A DNA stretch of 28,183 nucleotides from Promethearchaeota archaeon (GTDB lineage: Archaea; Asgardarchaeota; Lokiarchaeia; Sigyniarchaeales; SOKP01). Location: assembly GCA_004524535.1 (NCBI GenBank), contig SDNY01000042.1, positions 1 to 28,183 of the forward strand, written 5' to 3'. The notes under the pieces were generated by a model. That model was not told where the DNA came from. It made no database searches and saw only the letters and a program-made list of their open reading frames with translations. Each line of letters starts with the position of its first letter. Position 1 is the first letter of the stretch. This document shows positions 1 through 8,212 of this stretch, piece after piece. The position numbers and the translations under genes are program-made.

Positions 1-515
1 ATTTTAACTTTATCCCGTAATCCTGCCTCTTTTATTGCCTTCACTACATTTTCCATCTCTACCATAGTAATTGTAAGAAGGGCACTTAATCCAACTGCGA
101 AAGGATTATATTCTTTTATTGCCTCTACAAATTTTTCTGGAGGAATATCCGTTCCAAGATCTATCACTTCAAATCCCGCACCTTTCAGCACAGATTCTAC
201 TAAGGTCTTACCAATGTCATGTAGATCACCCTTGACTGTACCAAGGACGAATTTTCCCAAGGATTTCGTATTTTTTCCTTTGGCAAGTAATGGTTTTAGA
301 ATTTCCATCCCTTCTTCCATTGCTCTTGAGGCGATCAACAAATCTGGAATAAAATATTCATTTTCTTGAAATAATTCTCCTACTTTATCCATAGCTGGAA
401 TCAATGCTTTGTTTAAAATATCTTCTGCGCTGTTACCTTCCTCTAAAAGTGTATTTATTCTTTCTACAGTATCTTTATTATATCCTTCTACTACTAATTC
501 TTTCAATTTTTCCAT
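1..515 (-). CDS. Corrinoid (B12-binding) methyltransferase protein, MtaC/MttC-like; 3' end truncated by the window edge
   Basis: Not in the ORF track; translated by hand from ATG at 515: MEKLKELVVEGYNKDTVERINTLLEEG...ALIPAMDKVGELFQENEYFIPDLLIASRAM...GTVKGDLHDIGKTLV...GFEVIDLG...VGLSALLT. It has the cap domain, the DxHxxG cobalt-ligand motif and the SxL motif. AGGAG Shine-Dalgarno (SD) at about 526-530. Confidence 0.95.
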   Translation of the reverse strand, partial: MEKLKELVVEGYNKDTVERINTLLEEGNSAEDILNKALIPAMDKVGELFQENEYFIPDLLIASRAMEEGMEILKPLLAKGKNTKSLGKFVLGTVKGDLHDIGKTLVESVLKGAGFEVIDLGTDIPPEKFVEAIKEYNPFAVGLSALLTITMVEMENVVKAIKEAGLRDKVK

Positions 516-529
516 TATATAATCTCTCC

Positions 530-2035
530 TTATTCAATATTTATAGGATATTTACCATATTTTTTGACAGCTTCAACCATCGCCTTAAAATTTTCAGGTT
601 TAACATAGTCAGGTATAGAATTTGAGGCTGCACATCCATAGCCCCCCCCTGAAGCAAGTTCTTTAATTCTTTTTTTCACAGCAGCGTCTACTTCTTCCAC
701 AGTACCTCTAGTCAAAGTATAATCAAGGTCAATATTCCCAAAAATACAAAATCTATTACCATATTCTTTCTTAACAGCTACAATATCCATTGCCTGAGGC
801 TCAATTGGGTGAATTCCCTTGACACCACAATCTGCTAAATCATTAAAAACAGCCATAAAATTGCCATCGGAATGAAAAATAAACGGAATGCCTGCATTTT
901 CAAGTATCTTTCCAATTTGTTTATACCATGGAAAGACATATTTTCTATAAATTTTAGGATTAACAAAACATCCCCCTGTATGAGCCAAATCATCTGACAT
1001 TAATACAGCTCCAAGTTTTGGCACAGTGACTAATCTTTCTGCGATCCTTACATAAGAGGAACCAATCTTCTCGAACAGAGCTTCCACTAATTCTATGTTA
1101 TCATATAATGCATATGAAAAATTTGTCAATCCCATAGATTGTGAAGTATTCCCAAAAACCGCTGCGGGTGAGAGTAATCCTAAAATTTTCATTTTGGGTG
1201 GTAGCAACTCAGCAATTTCATAAAATGACGAGAGATCTACTTCATCCGGGTCAGGCCAAGGGAATTTTTTAAAATCTTGCATTGTTTTAATTCTACCTTC
1301 ACTCTCCGTTATCCAACTCCTCTCATCATCCTTTGCCTGCCTCATTACCCGGGGGGTAAAAAAAGGCGGAACCACAGGTACAAAATCATAGCCAGCTCGG
1401 ATATAAAACTCAACCTCGTCCTCTGCTGTTGTGACCTCCCTTCCTAAAAACCATTCTTTAATAGGAATTTCGATTTCTGCTTCAAATAAAGGAACCCGAT
1501 CTGGTATTTCTCGTCTGATAGCAGTCTCCAATCGAGAAAAATCAGGATCCAAAGGAACACCCCCCAAAGTTCCTTCAATAATTATAGGTTTTTGTGATGC
1601 TTTTTCCTTCTTTTTCGAAAATATTTTCCTTATTTTTTGCTTAAAAGATAATTTTTCAGGTTCACCAATAAAATCTTTTACCTTGAGGGATACTCCTCCA
1701 TATTCATGCGTAATAAAACTAATTTTTATCACATGTTTCCCATCTGAAAGAGGATTTCCTTTTATGCGAATATCAAGTTTTGAATTTTTGGCAAATTCTA
1801 CTAATTCTTTTAAAGGCTCCTCTGAAATTTTAAAGGTTCGCCCTCCGAGTTCTAATTGTACATTCTCAGAAGGAATTGAAATTTCTCCATCAATAGTAAT
1901 TTTAAGCTGACTCATTCCACTTATCTTTAATGGTGTCATAGTATTCATAAAACAAAAAGAAAAACCATTTTCTGTATTTTGTAAACTTCCCCTATCATAA
2001 ACTTTATTCACTAAAAATCCCGGAATATAAACCAT
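530..2035 (-). CDS. UroD/MtaA-superfamily (putative corrinoid-dependent methyltransferase) protein with an extra ~125-aa N-terminal beta-rich domain
   Basis: The C-terminal ~340 aa carry PDRVP, SDDLA, YRKYVFPWYK, FHSDGN, FGNID and GGGY..SNSIP..V.PENF, typical of UroD-like TIM barrels. It lies next to the corrinoid gene and has a GAGGTGA SD upstream of the ATG. Confidence 0.85.
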   Translation of the reverse strand: MVYIPGFLVNKVYDRGSLQNTENGFSFCFMNTMTPLKISGMSQLKITIDGEISIPSENVQLELGGRTFKISEEPLKELVEFAKNSKLDIRIKGNPLSDGKHVIKISFITHEYGGVSLKVKDFIGEPEKLSFKQKIRKIFSKKKEKASQKPIIIEGTLGGVPLDPDFSRLETAIRREIPDRVPLFEAEIEIPIKEWFLGREVTTAEDEVEFYIRAGYDFVPVVPPFFTPRVMRQAKDDERSWITESEGRIKTMQDFKKFPWPDPDEVDLSSFYEIAELLPPKMKILGLLSPAAVFGNTSQSMGLTNFSYALYDNIELVEALFEKIGSSYVRIAERLVTVPKLGAVLMSDDLAHTGGCFVNPKIYRKYVFPWYKQIGKILENAGIPFIFHSDGNFMAVFNDLADCGVKGIHPIEPQAMDIVAVKKEYGNRFCIFGNIDLDYTLTRGTVEEVDAAVKKRIKELASGGGYGCAASNSIPDYVKPENFKAMVEAVKKYGKYPINIE

Positions 2036-2050
2036 AATTTCACCTCTTTT

Positions 2051-4606
2051 TTATTCATGTTCTGTCCTTTGAATAATTTCATTTTGGATTTCAATACCTA
2101 ACTCACAGAAATATGCAGAATATCCTCCAACTTTAACAATTAAATCTCCATACATGCCTGGATTGTCTTGTGCCTCTTTAAGCATTTCAGCAGAAACGAC
2201 AGTGGGTTGTACTTGTTGTCCACCTAATTCGAAATACGCGCGGATTAAAGCAATCCATTTTTCACGATTTTCTAATTTTTCTCCTATGGCTGTGGGATGG
2301 AACTTTACATTTACAGCACATCCTAATACATCCTCATAATCTATAGCAGAAACGGAGTGGAATACGTTGGTTATACCGCATTTTTCTACATTATACGGAT
2401 TACAGCTTGCAGCATAAGGAGTAGCAGCTTTACGACCATCTGGAGTTGCAATAGAGATTCGACCATCAATAGTATGTGTTGTCATACTGATAAGATACGG
2501 GACAAATGATCCGCCCCTATAAGAAGTATAATTATATGTGTCTTCGAATAGCTGTTTAGTAACATAATGACATAAATCATCGACTTCTTTATAACCATTT
2601 CCCCATTTACCATCTAATCTTAGAATTTTATAATAGAGGTCTTCATACCCGTTATAATTCATATCTATTGCTTTCATAAGTTCCTTAAAAGTCGTTATCT
2701 TTTCATCGAAGATGAGTTTCTTGATAACATATAAAGAATCGGTTAAATTAGCTATACTATTGATGAAGGAGATACCAGATAAATCATATTTTCCCCCCCC
2801 TTGAGTAACATCTTTCCTGCTCTCGATACATCCTTCTATAAAAGCAGAGATATATGGAGCTGGTAAATATTGAGCATATAATTGATCGCGAAGATTTGAG
2901 ACATCAACAAGCATTTTCACCTGTTTATTTGCTTGAGTTAAAAAGGCTTCCAAAAATTCTTCAAATGTAGAGAAAGAATCTGGTTCACCGGTTTTAAGCC
3001 CTAAGTTTTTTATAAGGCCCATAAAAGTTTGAGAATCACCATTACGCAATGTGAGGTCTAACAACCTACAGAGAAGTAATGCATTAGCGCTCATACCACC
3101 CGTTTTACCGGGACAGAGCATTTCTACACATCCCATTACAGCATAATCGCAGGCATCCTCTTCAGAAAAGCCTCTTTTTTTCATCGACTCTACATTAACA
3201 TCATCATTAAAAAACGAGAGATTTGAACTCCCTTGATATAAAACATCTGCTGCTTTCAACAATACCTCATCGGGCGTGGCTTCATTAACTCTCAGAGATA
3301 TATTTGTTACTGCCCTTGAATTATTAGCAGCCTCGAGAAAAAGATAGGTTAATTCATTAGTTGCGTCTGTTCCATCTGGTTTAAGTCCCCCTAAGGTTAT
3401 TGGTGTAGAACCAAGAAATCTATGATAAAAATTTGAAAGTAAGTTTGTTTCGGGACGAATGTTTTGTGACATAACTTTTAAAAGAAGTTCTTCAAGTATT
3501 TCTCTTGCTTTATCATGTGTAATTATCCCCTGTTCAAGATCTTTCTTATAATAAGGATAAAAAATCTGATCCATGCGACCAAAACAATGTAAATTTACAG
3601 GATGTGCTAACTCAACAGCGGTTTTTAATGTCCATCCTGATTGTACCGCCTCATAAAAAGTTTCTGCTGGATATAAGGGAACTTTTTTACAATTTTCTAA
3701 CATTTTTTTTAAGATCGCTTTCTGTGTAGAATCGGTTGCTTTGTTATATTCAGATTCAACCTTTTCAGCTAGTCTTTCTGCAAAAATAATGACTCCTTCT
3801 ATTGCGATCTTAAGGGATTTTAATGTATTTAAATCCTCTGAGGATAATGACGAGCTATTTTCAATTTCATCCTCAATCTCCTCCTTCATTTTAAGCAAAC
3901 CTTTTTTAATTGGCGTTTTATAATCTATTATGACATGGCCTTGATAAGTAGATATTGTAGCACACATACTAATCATTTTAGTTTGCCTAGAGGTATTTGC
4001 GGGCATAGCATTAGAAAATTCTACCATACTTCCTGAAAGAATACCTGCTTTCGGAATTTCATCCTCTAGTATGTTTACTAGCGTTTTCCCATTCCATTTC
4101 GGAAGGAGTTTTTTTAATAGAATTTTCTTATCTTTCTTATTAATTTTAAAGGGATTTATTTTTCTTTTTTCCATTGATTTGACTCCAAAATTCAAAGGTT
4201 GGGAGCCTTCTTTGCGGAGTCTCTTATTATTTTGTAGAAAATCATGTAAATATTCTTTTTCACGTAAGAATTTAAAGGATTTCAAGAGTGATCCTATTCT
4301 GAAACGTAAAAGCGTCCACCAACTAAGTTCCGTCTCAAACACTTTATTGAAAACCCCCCGTTCAATATCAATTGGCATCCCCATAAAATCCTCAGTCCAA
4401 TAACCTGCAATCCTATCATCGGGATCTACATAATGAGTCATGTGTTTATATACATTCTTCATTGAAAGTGCAACTCGTATATTCTGAGGGGTTCCATTAT
4501 TCTCAGTTTCGAACCACTTATCACTATAATATTTTGCTCTTTCAATTGAAATTTTTGGCATTTCAGTCTGGTATCTTTTACGCAATCTTTTAATTCTTTC
4601 GCTCAT
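2051..4606 (-). CDS. Glycyl radical enzyme 2 (PFL2/eliminase-like, substrate unknown)
   Basis: 851 aa; Gly loop LIVKVGGYSAYF; Cys loop YAVMGCVEM; also GRMDQ, ATPDGRKA and QGHVIIDY. Confidence 0.95.
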   Translation of the reverse strand: MSERIKRLRKRYQTEMPKISIERAKYYSDKWFETENNGTPQNIRVALSMKNVYKHMTHYVDPDDRIAGYWTEDFMGMPIDIERGVFNKVFETELSWWTLLRFRIGSLLKSFKFLREKEYLHDFLQNNKRLRKEGSQPLNFGVKSMEKRKINPFKINKKDKKILLKKLLPKWNGKTLVNILEDEIPKAGILSGSMVEFSNAMPANTSRQTKMISMCATISTYQGHVIIDYKTPIKKGLLKMKEEIEDEIENSSSLSSEDLNTLKSLKIAIEGVIIFAERLAEKVESEYNKATDSTQKAILKKMLENCKKVPLYPAETFYEAVQSGWTLKTAVELAHPVNLHCFGRMDQIFYPYYKKDLEQGIITHDKAREILEELLLKVMSQNIRPETNLLSNFYHRFLGSTPITLGGLKPDGTDATNELTYLFLEAANNSRAVTNISLRVNEATPDEVLLKAADVLYQGSSNLSFFNDDVNVESMKKRGFSEEDACDYAVMGCVEMLCPGKTGGMSANALLLCRLLDLTLRNGDSQTFMGLIKNLGLKTGEPDSFSTFEEFLEAFLTQANKQVKMLVDVSNLRDQLYAQYLPAPYISAFIEGCIESRKDVTQGGGKYDLSGISFINSIANLTDSLYVIKKLIFDEKITTFKELMKAIDMNYNGYEDLYYKILRLDGKWGNGYKEVDDLCHYVTKQLFEDTYNYTSYRGGSFVPYLISMTTHTIDGRISIATPDGRKAATPYAASCNPYNVEKCGITNVFHSVSAIDYEDVLGCAVNVKFHPTAIGEKLENREKWIALIRAYFELGGQQVQPTVVSAEMLKEAQDNPGMYGDLIVKVGGYSAYFCELGIEIQNEIIQRTEHE

Positions 4607-4635
4607 CTTAATCTTCTAAATTTAAAAACTTATTT

Positions 4636-5436
4636 TTAATACCAATCCCATTTAATATACGAGTAGGGTAAAAATTCCTCTGGATCTACTTCAGTCATTA
4701 TTTCTCCTGGAAACATTTCATTCTCAGATTGTAAATACATCCCCCCTAAAATTTTTACAACTTCTATTTCTCCCCATGGATCGTGGATAGTAGAATTTAA
4801 GGTAACTTCAGCTTCTCCCATCTGCATAGATTTTATTTTAGATTTAGTTACCTGCTTTATTAACCAAGGAGTATAATCAAATCCCTCTTTTGTAGGATGG
4901 GGAAAATGTTTGAAAAGATAATTTACAGTCCCCTTACCTCTTTTTGGAATCATTTGGATCTCAGATACAATTTTAGGGGTTTCTGCATCATTAAACTTAC
5001 CGGTAATTTTCAGTTTAGCTTCAAGATTTTTTACCCCATTGCGTTCAGAAAATCCGTAAATTTCGTTTCCATTTTTCTCAAAATGGACATTTGCAATCTT
5101 TTTGGGGAAGCCAAAAATTTCACGACCTGCGAAGGTTGCTCTATCATCTGTCAGAGGCATCGCAAGGAAGTAATTTCCCAATTCATCCTTATACTTACAC
5201 CTTAAAATTAATGCTGCTTCTGTGTAAGGCAATCCATATGAATGAGAGGGATAGTTAGCTACAAACGCAAGAGCAATTGGGCGCTCAAGCGGTTCTAATG
5301 GGGGTGGAAGCACACGCTCAACAACTTCCTTCTTGGTCTCCCATAATACCCAAACCATTTCTGCCCCTTCAAACACACTTGTTACCATTTCTTCCTTCTT
5401 CTTTTTTATTTCATCTAAATCTCTTTTAAAACTCAT
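4636..5436 (-). CDS. Acetoacetate decarboxylase (ADC)-like superfamily protein
   Basis: AGREIFGFPKKIA Schiff-base Lys motif, LPPPLEP and PYTEA. GAGG SD upstream. Confidence 0.9.
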   Translation of the reverse strand: MSFKRDLDEIKKKKEEMVTSVFEGAEMVWVLWETKKEVVERVLPPPLEPLERPIALAFVANYPSHSYGLPYTEAALILRCKYKDELGNYFLAMPLTDDRATFAGREIFGFPKKIANVHFEKNGNEIYGFSERNGVKNLEAKLKITGKFNDAETPKIVSEIQMIPKRGKGTVNYLFKHFPHPTKEGFDYTPWLIKQVTKSKIKSMQMGEAEVTLNSTIHDPWGEIEVVKILGGMYLQSENEMFPGEIMTEVDPEEFLPYSYIKWDWY

Positions 5437-5454
5437 TTTATATCCTCTTTTATT

Positions 5455-6663
5455 TTATTCTATAGCTTGATTTAATAATTCTAATAGATCTATCATTTTC
5501 ATATTCGAACCTAAAGCTTTAATCGCATCGCTTAAATTTCTATAGCAGAATGGGCAAATACTCACGAGATTATCCACCCCTGTTTCTTCGGCTTCTTTTA
5601 TTCTGCTTTTAGCCATTTCTAATGATAACTCTGGAAATCCCTTTTTTAGACCGCCGCCTGCACCGCAACATTTTGCATGTTGTTTTATAGTTTTCATCTC
5701 CACAATCTCGGCTATTTTACTCAAGAGTTCCCTTGGTTCTTCATATAATCCGGTATGCCGCCCGGTGTGGCAAGGATCATGATAGGTAACCTTGAGCCCT
5801 AGATCATTTAATTGGATATTGTTTTCAGCTAAATATGTCCTTAAAAATTCAACAGTATGAAGTATTTCGATATCCAAATCCTTAAATAACTCGGCATAAT
5901 CCACTTTTAGGGTTCGATAACAGCCAGCGCAGCTAGTGATAATCTTTTTGGCACCGCTCTTTTTAAATAGTTCAAGATTACGTTCGGCCACAAAATTAAA
6001 AGCTTTTCGATCTCCGGTTCGCATGGCGACACTACCGCAGCATACTTCATTTTCTCCGAATATAGAAAAATCTATTCCTAATTTTTTGAGGACTTTAGCT
6101 GTATCTATCGCTACTGCTCGAATATTAGGAGTCAAGGCAGCCGTACATCCTACGAAATAAAGAAGATCTGCCTGCTCTTTACTTGCATCTTTTATTTTAA
6201 AGTCTAATTCTTCTATCCAATTTTCTTTTTCTTTATTATCCTTGTTATAAGGATTTAGTAGTTTGACCATCGCTTTATTCATAGAATCATGAGATTCCAA
6301 TCCGCAACCTGCATCTACGAGCTCAGCCCGAAGTGCTTCATAAAGAGCAACATTATTCAAATTATAATTACATGCCTCAGCACATGCATTACATGTGGGA
6401 CATTGATATATAACTTCAGCCAATCGCTTACTAAGGTTCAAATTTTTTTCCCAAATTGATCGAATGATTTGCATCTTTCCCCGTCCGAAGAAGGGCTCAA
6501 ATCCAGTAGAGTGTTCTTTCGCCACGCAGACTCCCACAACTTGAGGATCCGCCGTTATATCTACAGTCTCGCGGCAATCCCCGCAGCTAATACACGAATT
6601 AATTATATCTTTTAATTTTGCTAAATGTTTGTATTTTATATCAGGGTTAATATCAATAGTAAT
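5455..6663 (-). CDS. Fe-S oxidoreductase with 2x[4Fe-4S] and two CCG domains (GlcF/HdrD-like); start extended to a probable ATT codon
   Basis: The ORF track starts at GTG 6537, but the frame is open 42 codons further upstream and encodes the first cluster motif CISCGDC. The second motif is CPTCNACAEAC. CCG domains: GC..CCG..CAGC and HDPC..CCGAGGG..CPFC. GAGGAGG lies 7 nt upstream of ATT at 6663. The family call is firm; the start is inferred. Confidence 0.85.
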   Translation of the reverse strand: MTIDINPDIKYKHLAKLKDIINSCISCGDCRETVDITADPQVVGVCVAKEHSTGFEPFFGRGKMQIIRSIWEKNLNLSKRLAEVIYQCPTCNACAEACNYNLNNVALYEALRAELVDAGCGLESHDSMNKAMVKLLNPYNKDNKEKENWIEELDFKIKDASKEQADLLYFVGCTAALTPNIRAVAIDTAKVLKKLGIDFSIFGENEVCCGSVAMRTGDRKAFNFVAERNLELFKKSGAKKIITSCAGCYRTLKVDYAELFKDLDIEILHTVEFLRTYLAENNIQLNDLGLKVTYHDPCHTGRHTGLYEEPRELLSKIAEIVEMKTIKQHAKCCGAGGGLKKGFPELSLEMAKSRIKEAEETGVDNLVSICPFCYRNLSDAIKALGSNMKMIDLLELLNQAIE

Positions 6664-6665
6664 TT

Positions 6666-8198
6666 TTATTCCTCCTCATTTATAATATATTTTGAAATAT
6701 CATCTTCGTAGCTATACATATGGAACTTTTTTGGGCTAAGAATGAAATTAGGATCCACAAGCTTTTTCATATCTTTAAAGAATTTCATAAATTCTGTGCT
6801 ATAAGCTCCTGACTCCACGATAGATTGGGAAATAACCTCACCAAGCCAATAATGTACGCCACCATATTGTGCTTGATGTCGAACTCTCTTATGCCACATC
6901 TTCATGGCTACTTCTCGTTGATCACTTTTTATGTTATCTGCATTAAAACCTCCAGCAAAAACACAATGACCATTTGATAGAAGATGGATGGAAGTGGCAA
7001 ATAATGAAAAACTCTGATCAGGGAATTCGCTTCTATGAGCGTTATCAAAATCCGTACTAAGTTTCTTTTTTTCGGCCATGGTTGATATAGGAAGTTTATG
7101 ACAAGTGGTACAAGAAAGTTTTGGAGGTGCGAGGGACACGAATTTGTTAAAATATGTATAAGAAAATTTTAAATTGAATCTCCAATCTCTCGCTTCTTCT
7201 GCGGTTAAATCAATTTCGGTCCATTCAAAAGGTCTTGCGAAATCTTTCATAATTTTTCCCAGTTTTTCTTCATAAATCTCCAAAATACGCTCATCAGTAG
7301 CTTCTAATATGAACAATATAACAGGTCCCTTTAATTTCGCTCTCTTCGGAGGTCTCTTTTTAGCTTGTGATGCTAAAATCTGCACCACCGTACGGGGAGT
7401 GACATATAAATCTTGCATACTGTCTCGTAATTCGGTCTGGCATTTATACATTAGTTCAAATAATCTATTATAATCATCATTCAGGAGCATATAGTTTCTT
7501 CGGATCTTATAGGGAGGGTTCGGATATAATTTCAAGGATGCTTTCGTTTTAATTCCCATTGTCCCTACATCCCCCATAAAGAGCCCTGTAAAGTCTGGAG
7601 AGATTCCATATCTACAGAATGGTTTGGCATATTTATTTGCAATTGAACCCGTGCGAATAATAGTCCCGTTTGGGTCTCCTAATACCACCTCAACCCCAAG
7701 GCAATTATCTGTAATTAAACCATATTTGGTTGACCCAAACCCTGCGGTGCTATTGGATAATCCCCCGCCGATAGTTGCTGAAAAACCGCTTCCGGGACCG
7801 ATAATCCCAATAGATAAATCTTTTTTTAATAATTCTGAATTCAGTTCTCCCCAAGTTATCCCTGTTTCAATAAAACAATAGAAATCTTTTTCATTTATTT
7901 CTATTATTTTGTTCATCCGGGTTAAGTCCATTAAAATTCCCCCTTGAGTAGCGGACCCTCCTACTAAATCTGCACCGCCACCTCTGGGAACTATCGATAT
8001 TTTATATTTATTTGCTATCTTAACTATTTCGGACACTTCTTCGGTACTTTCGGGACGAACTATCATATCTGCCCACCTATCAGGAAATGCAGGATCTACA
8101 TTTCGAGAATAAGCAGCTTTCATGAAATCTTCGTCTGTAATATAATCAGAGCCAACTATATCTTCAATGTCTTTATATATATTATCAACTTTGGCCAT
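6666..8198 (-). CDS. FAD-linked oxidoreductase, GlcD/VAO (PCMH-type) family
   Basis: VRPESTEEVSEIVK, PRGGGADLVGG, ATIGG, KYG, GDVGTMGIKT and C-terminal KKLVDPNFILSP. I prefer ATG at 8198 (MAKVDN, GAGG upstream) to TTG 8222, which overlaps the upstream gene. Confidence 0.9.
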   Translation of the reverse strand: MAKVDNIYKDIEDIVGSDYITDEDFMKAAYSRNVDPAFPDRWADMIVRPESTEEVSEIVKIANKYKISIVPRGGGADLVGGSATQGGILMDLTRMNKIIEINEKDFYCFIETGITWGELNSELLKKDLSIGIIGPGSGFSATIGGGLSNSTAGFGSTKYGLITDNCLGVEVVLGDPNGTIIRTGSIANKYAKPFCRYGISPDFTGLFMGDVGTMGIKTKASLKLYPNPPYKIRRNYMLLNDDYNRLFELMYKCQTELRDSMQDLYVTPRTVVQILASQAKKRPPKRAKLKGPVILFILEATDERILEIYEEKLGKIMKDFARPFEWTEIDLTAEEARDWRFNLKFSYTYFNKFVSLAPPKLSCTTCHKLPISTMAEKKKLSTDFDNAHRSEFPDQSFSLFATSIHLLSNGHCVFAGGFNADNIKSDQREVAMKMWHKRVRHQAQYGGVHYWLGEVISQSIVESGAYSTEFMKFFKDMKKLVDPNFILSPKKFHMYSYEDDISKYIINEEE

Positions 8199-8212
8199 TT
8201 TTATAAAACCTC

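Noticed and set aside
404-625. 73-aa plus-strand ORF
   Set aside because: It is antisense to the corrinoid and UroD-like genes, which have clear motifs, and it has low-complexity shadow composition.
1335-1346. MRQA in the UroD-like protein as the HemE RQAGR signature
   Set aside because: It is in the wrong position in the barrel and lacks the GR, so it is likely coincidental.
6661-6668. Stop-codon readthrough fusing the FAD oxidoreductase to the CCG protein
   Set aside because: The two genes are in different frames, and continuing past the TAA reaches another stop within nine codons.
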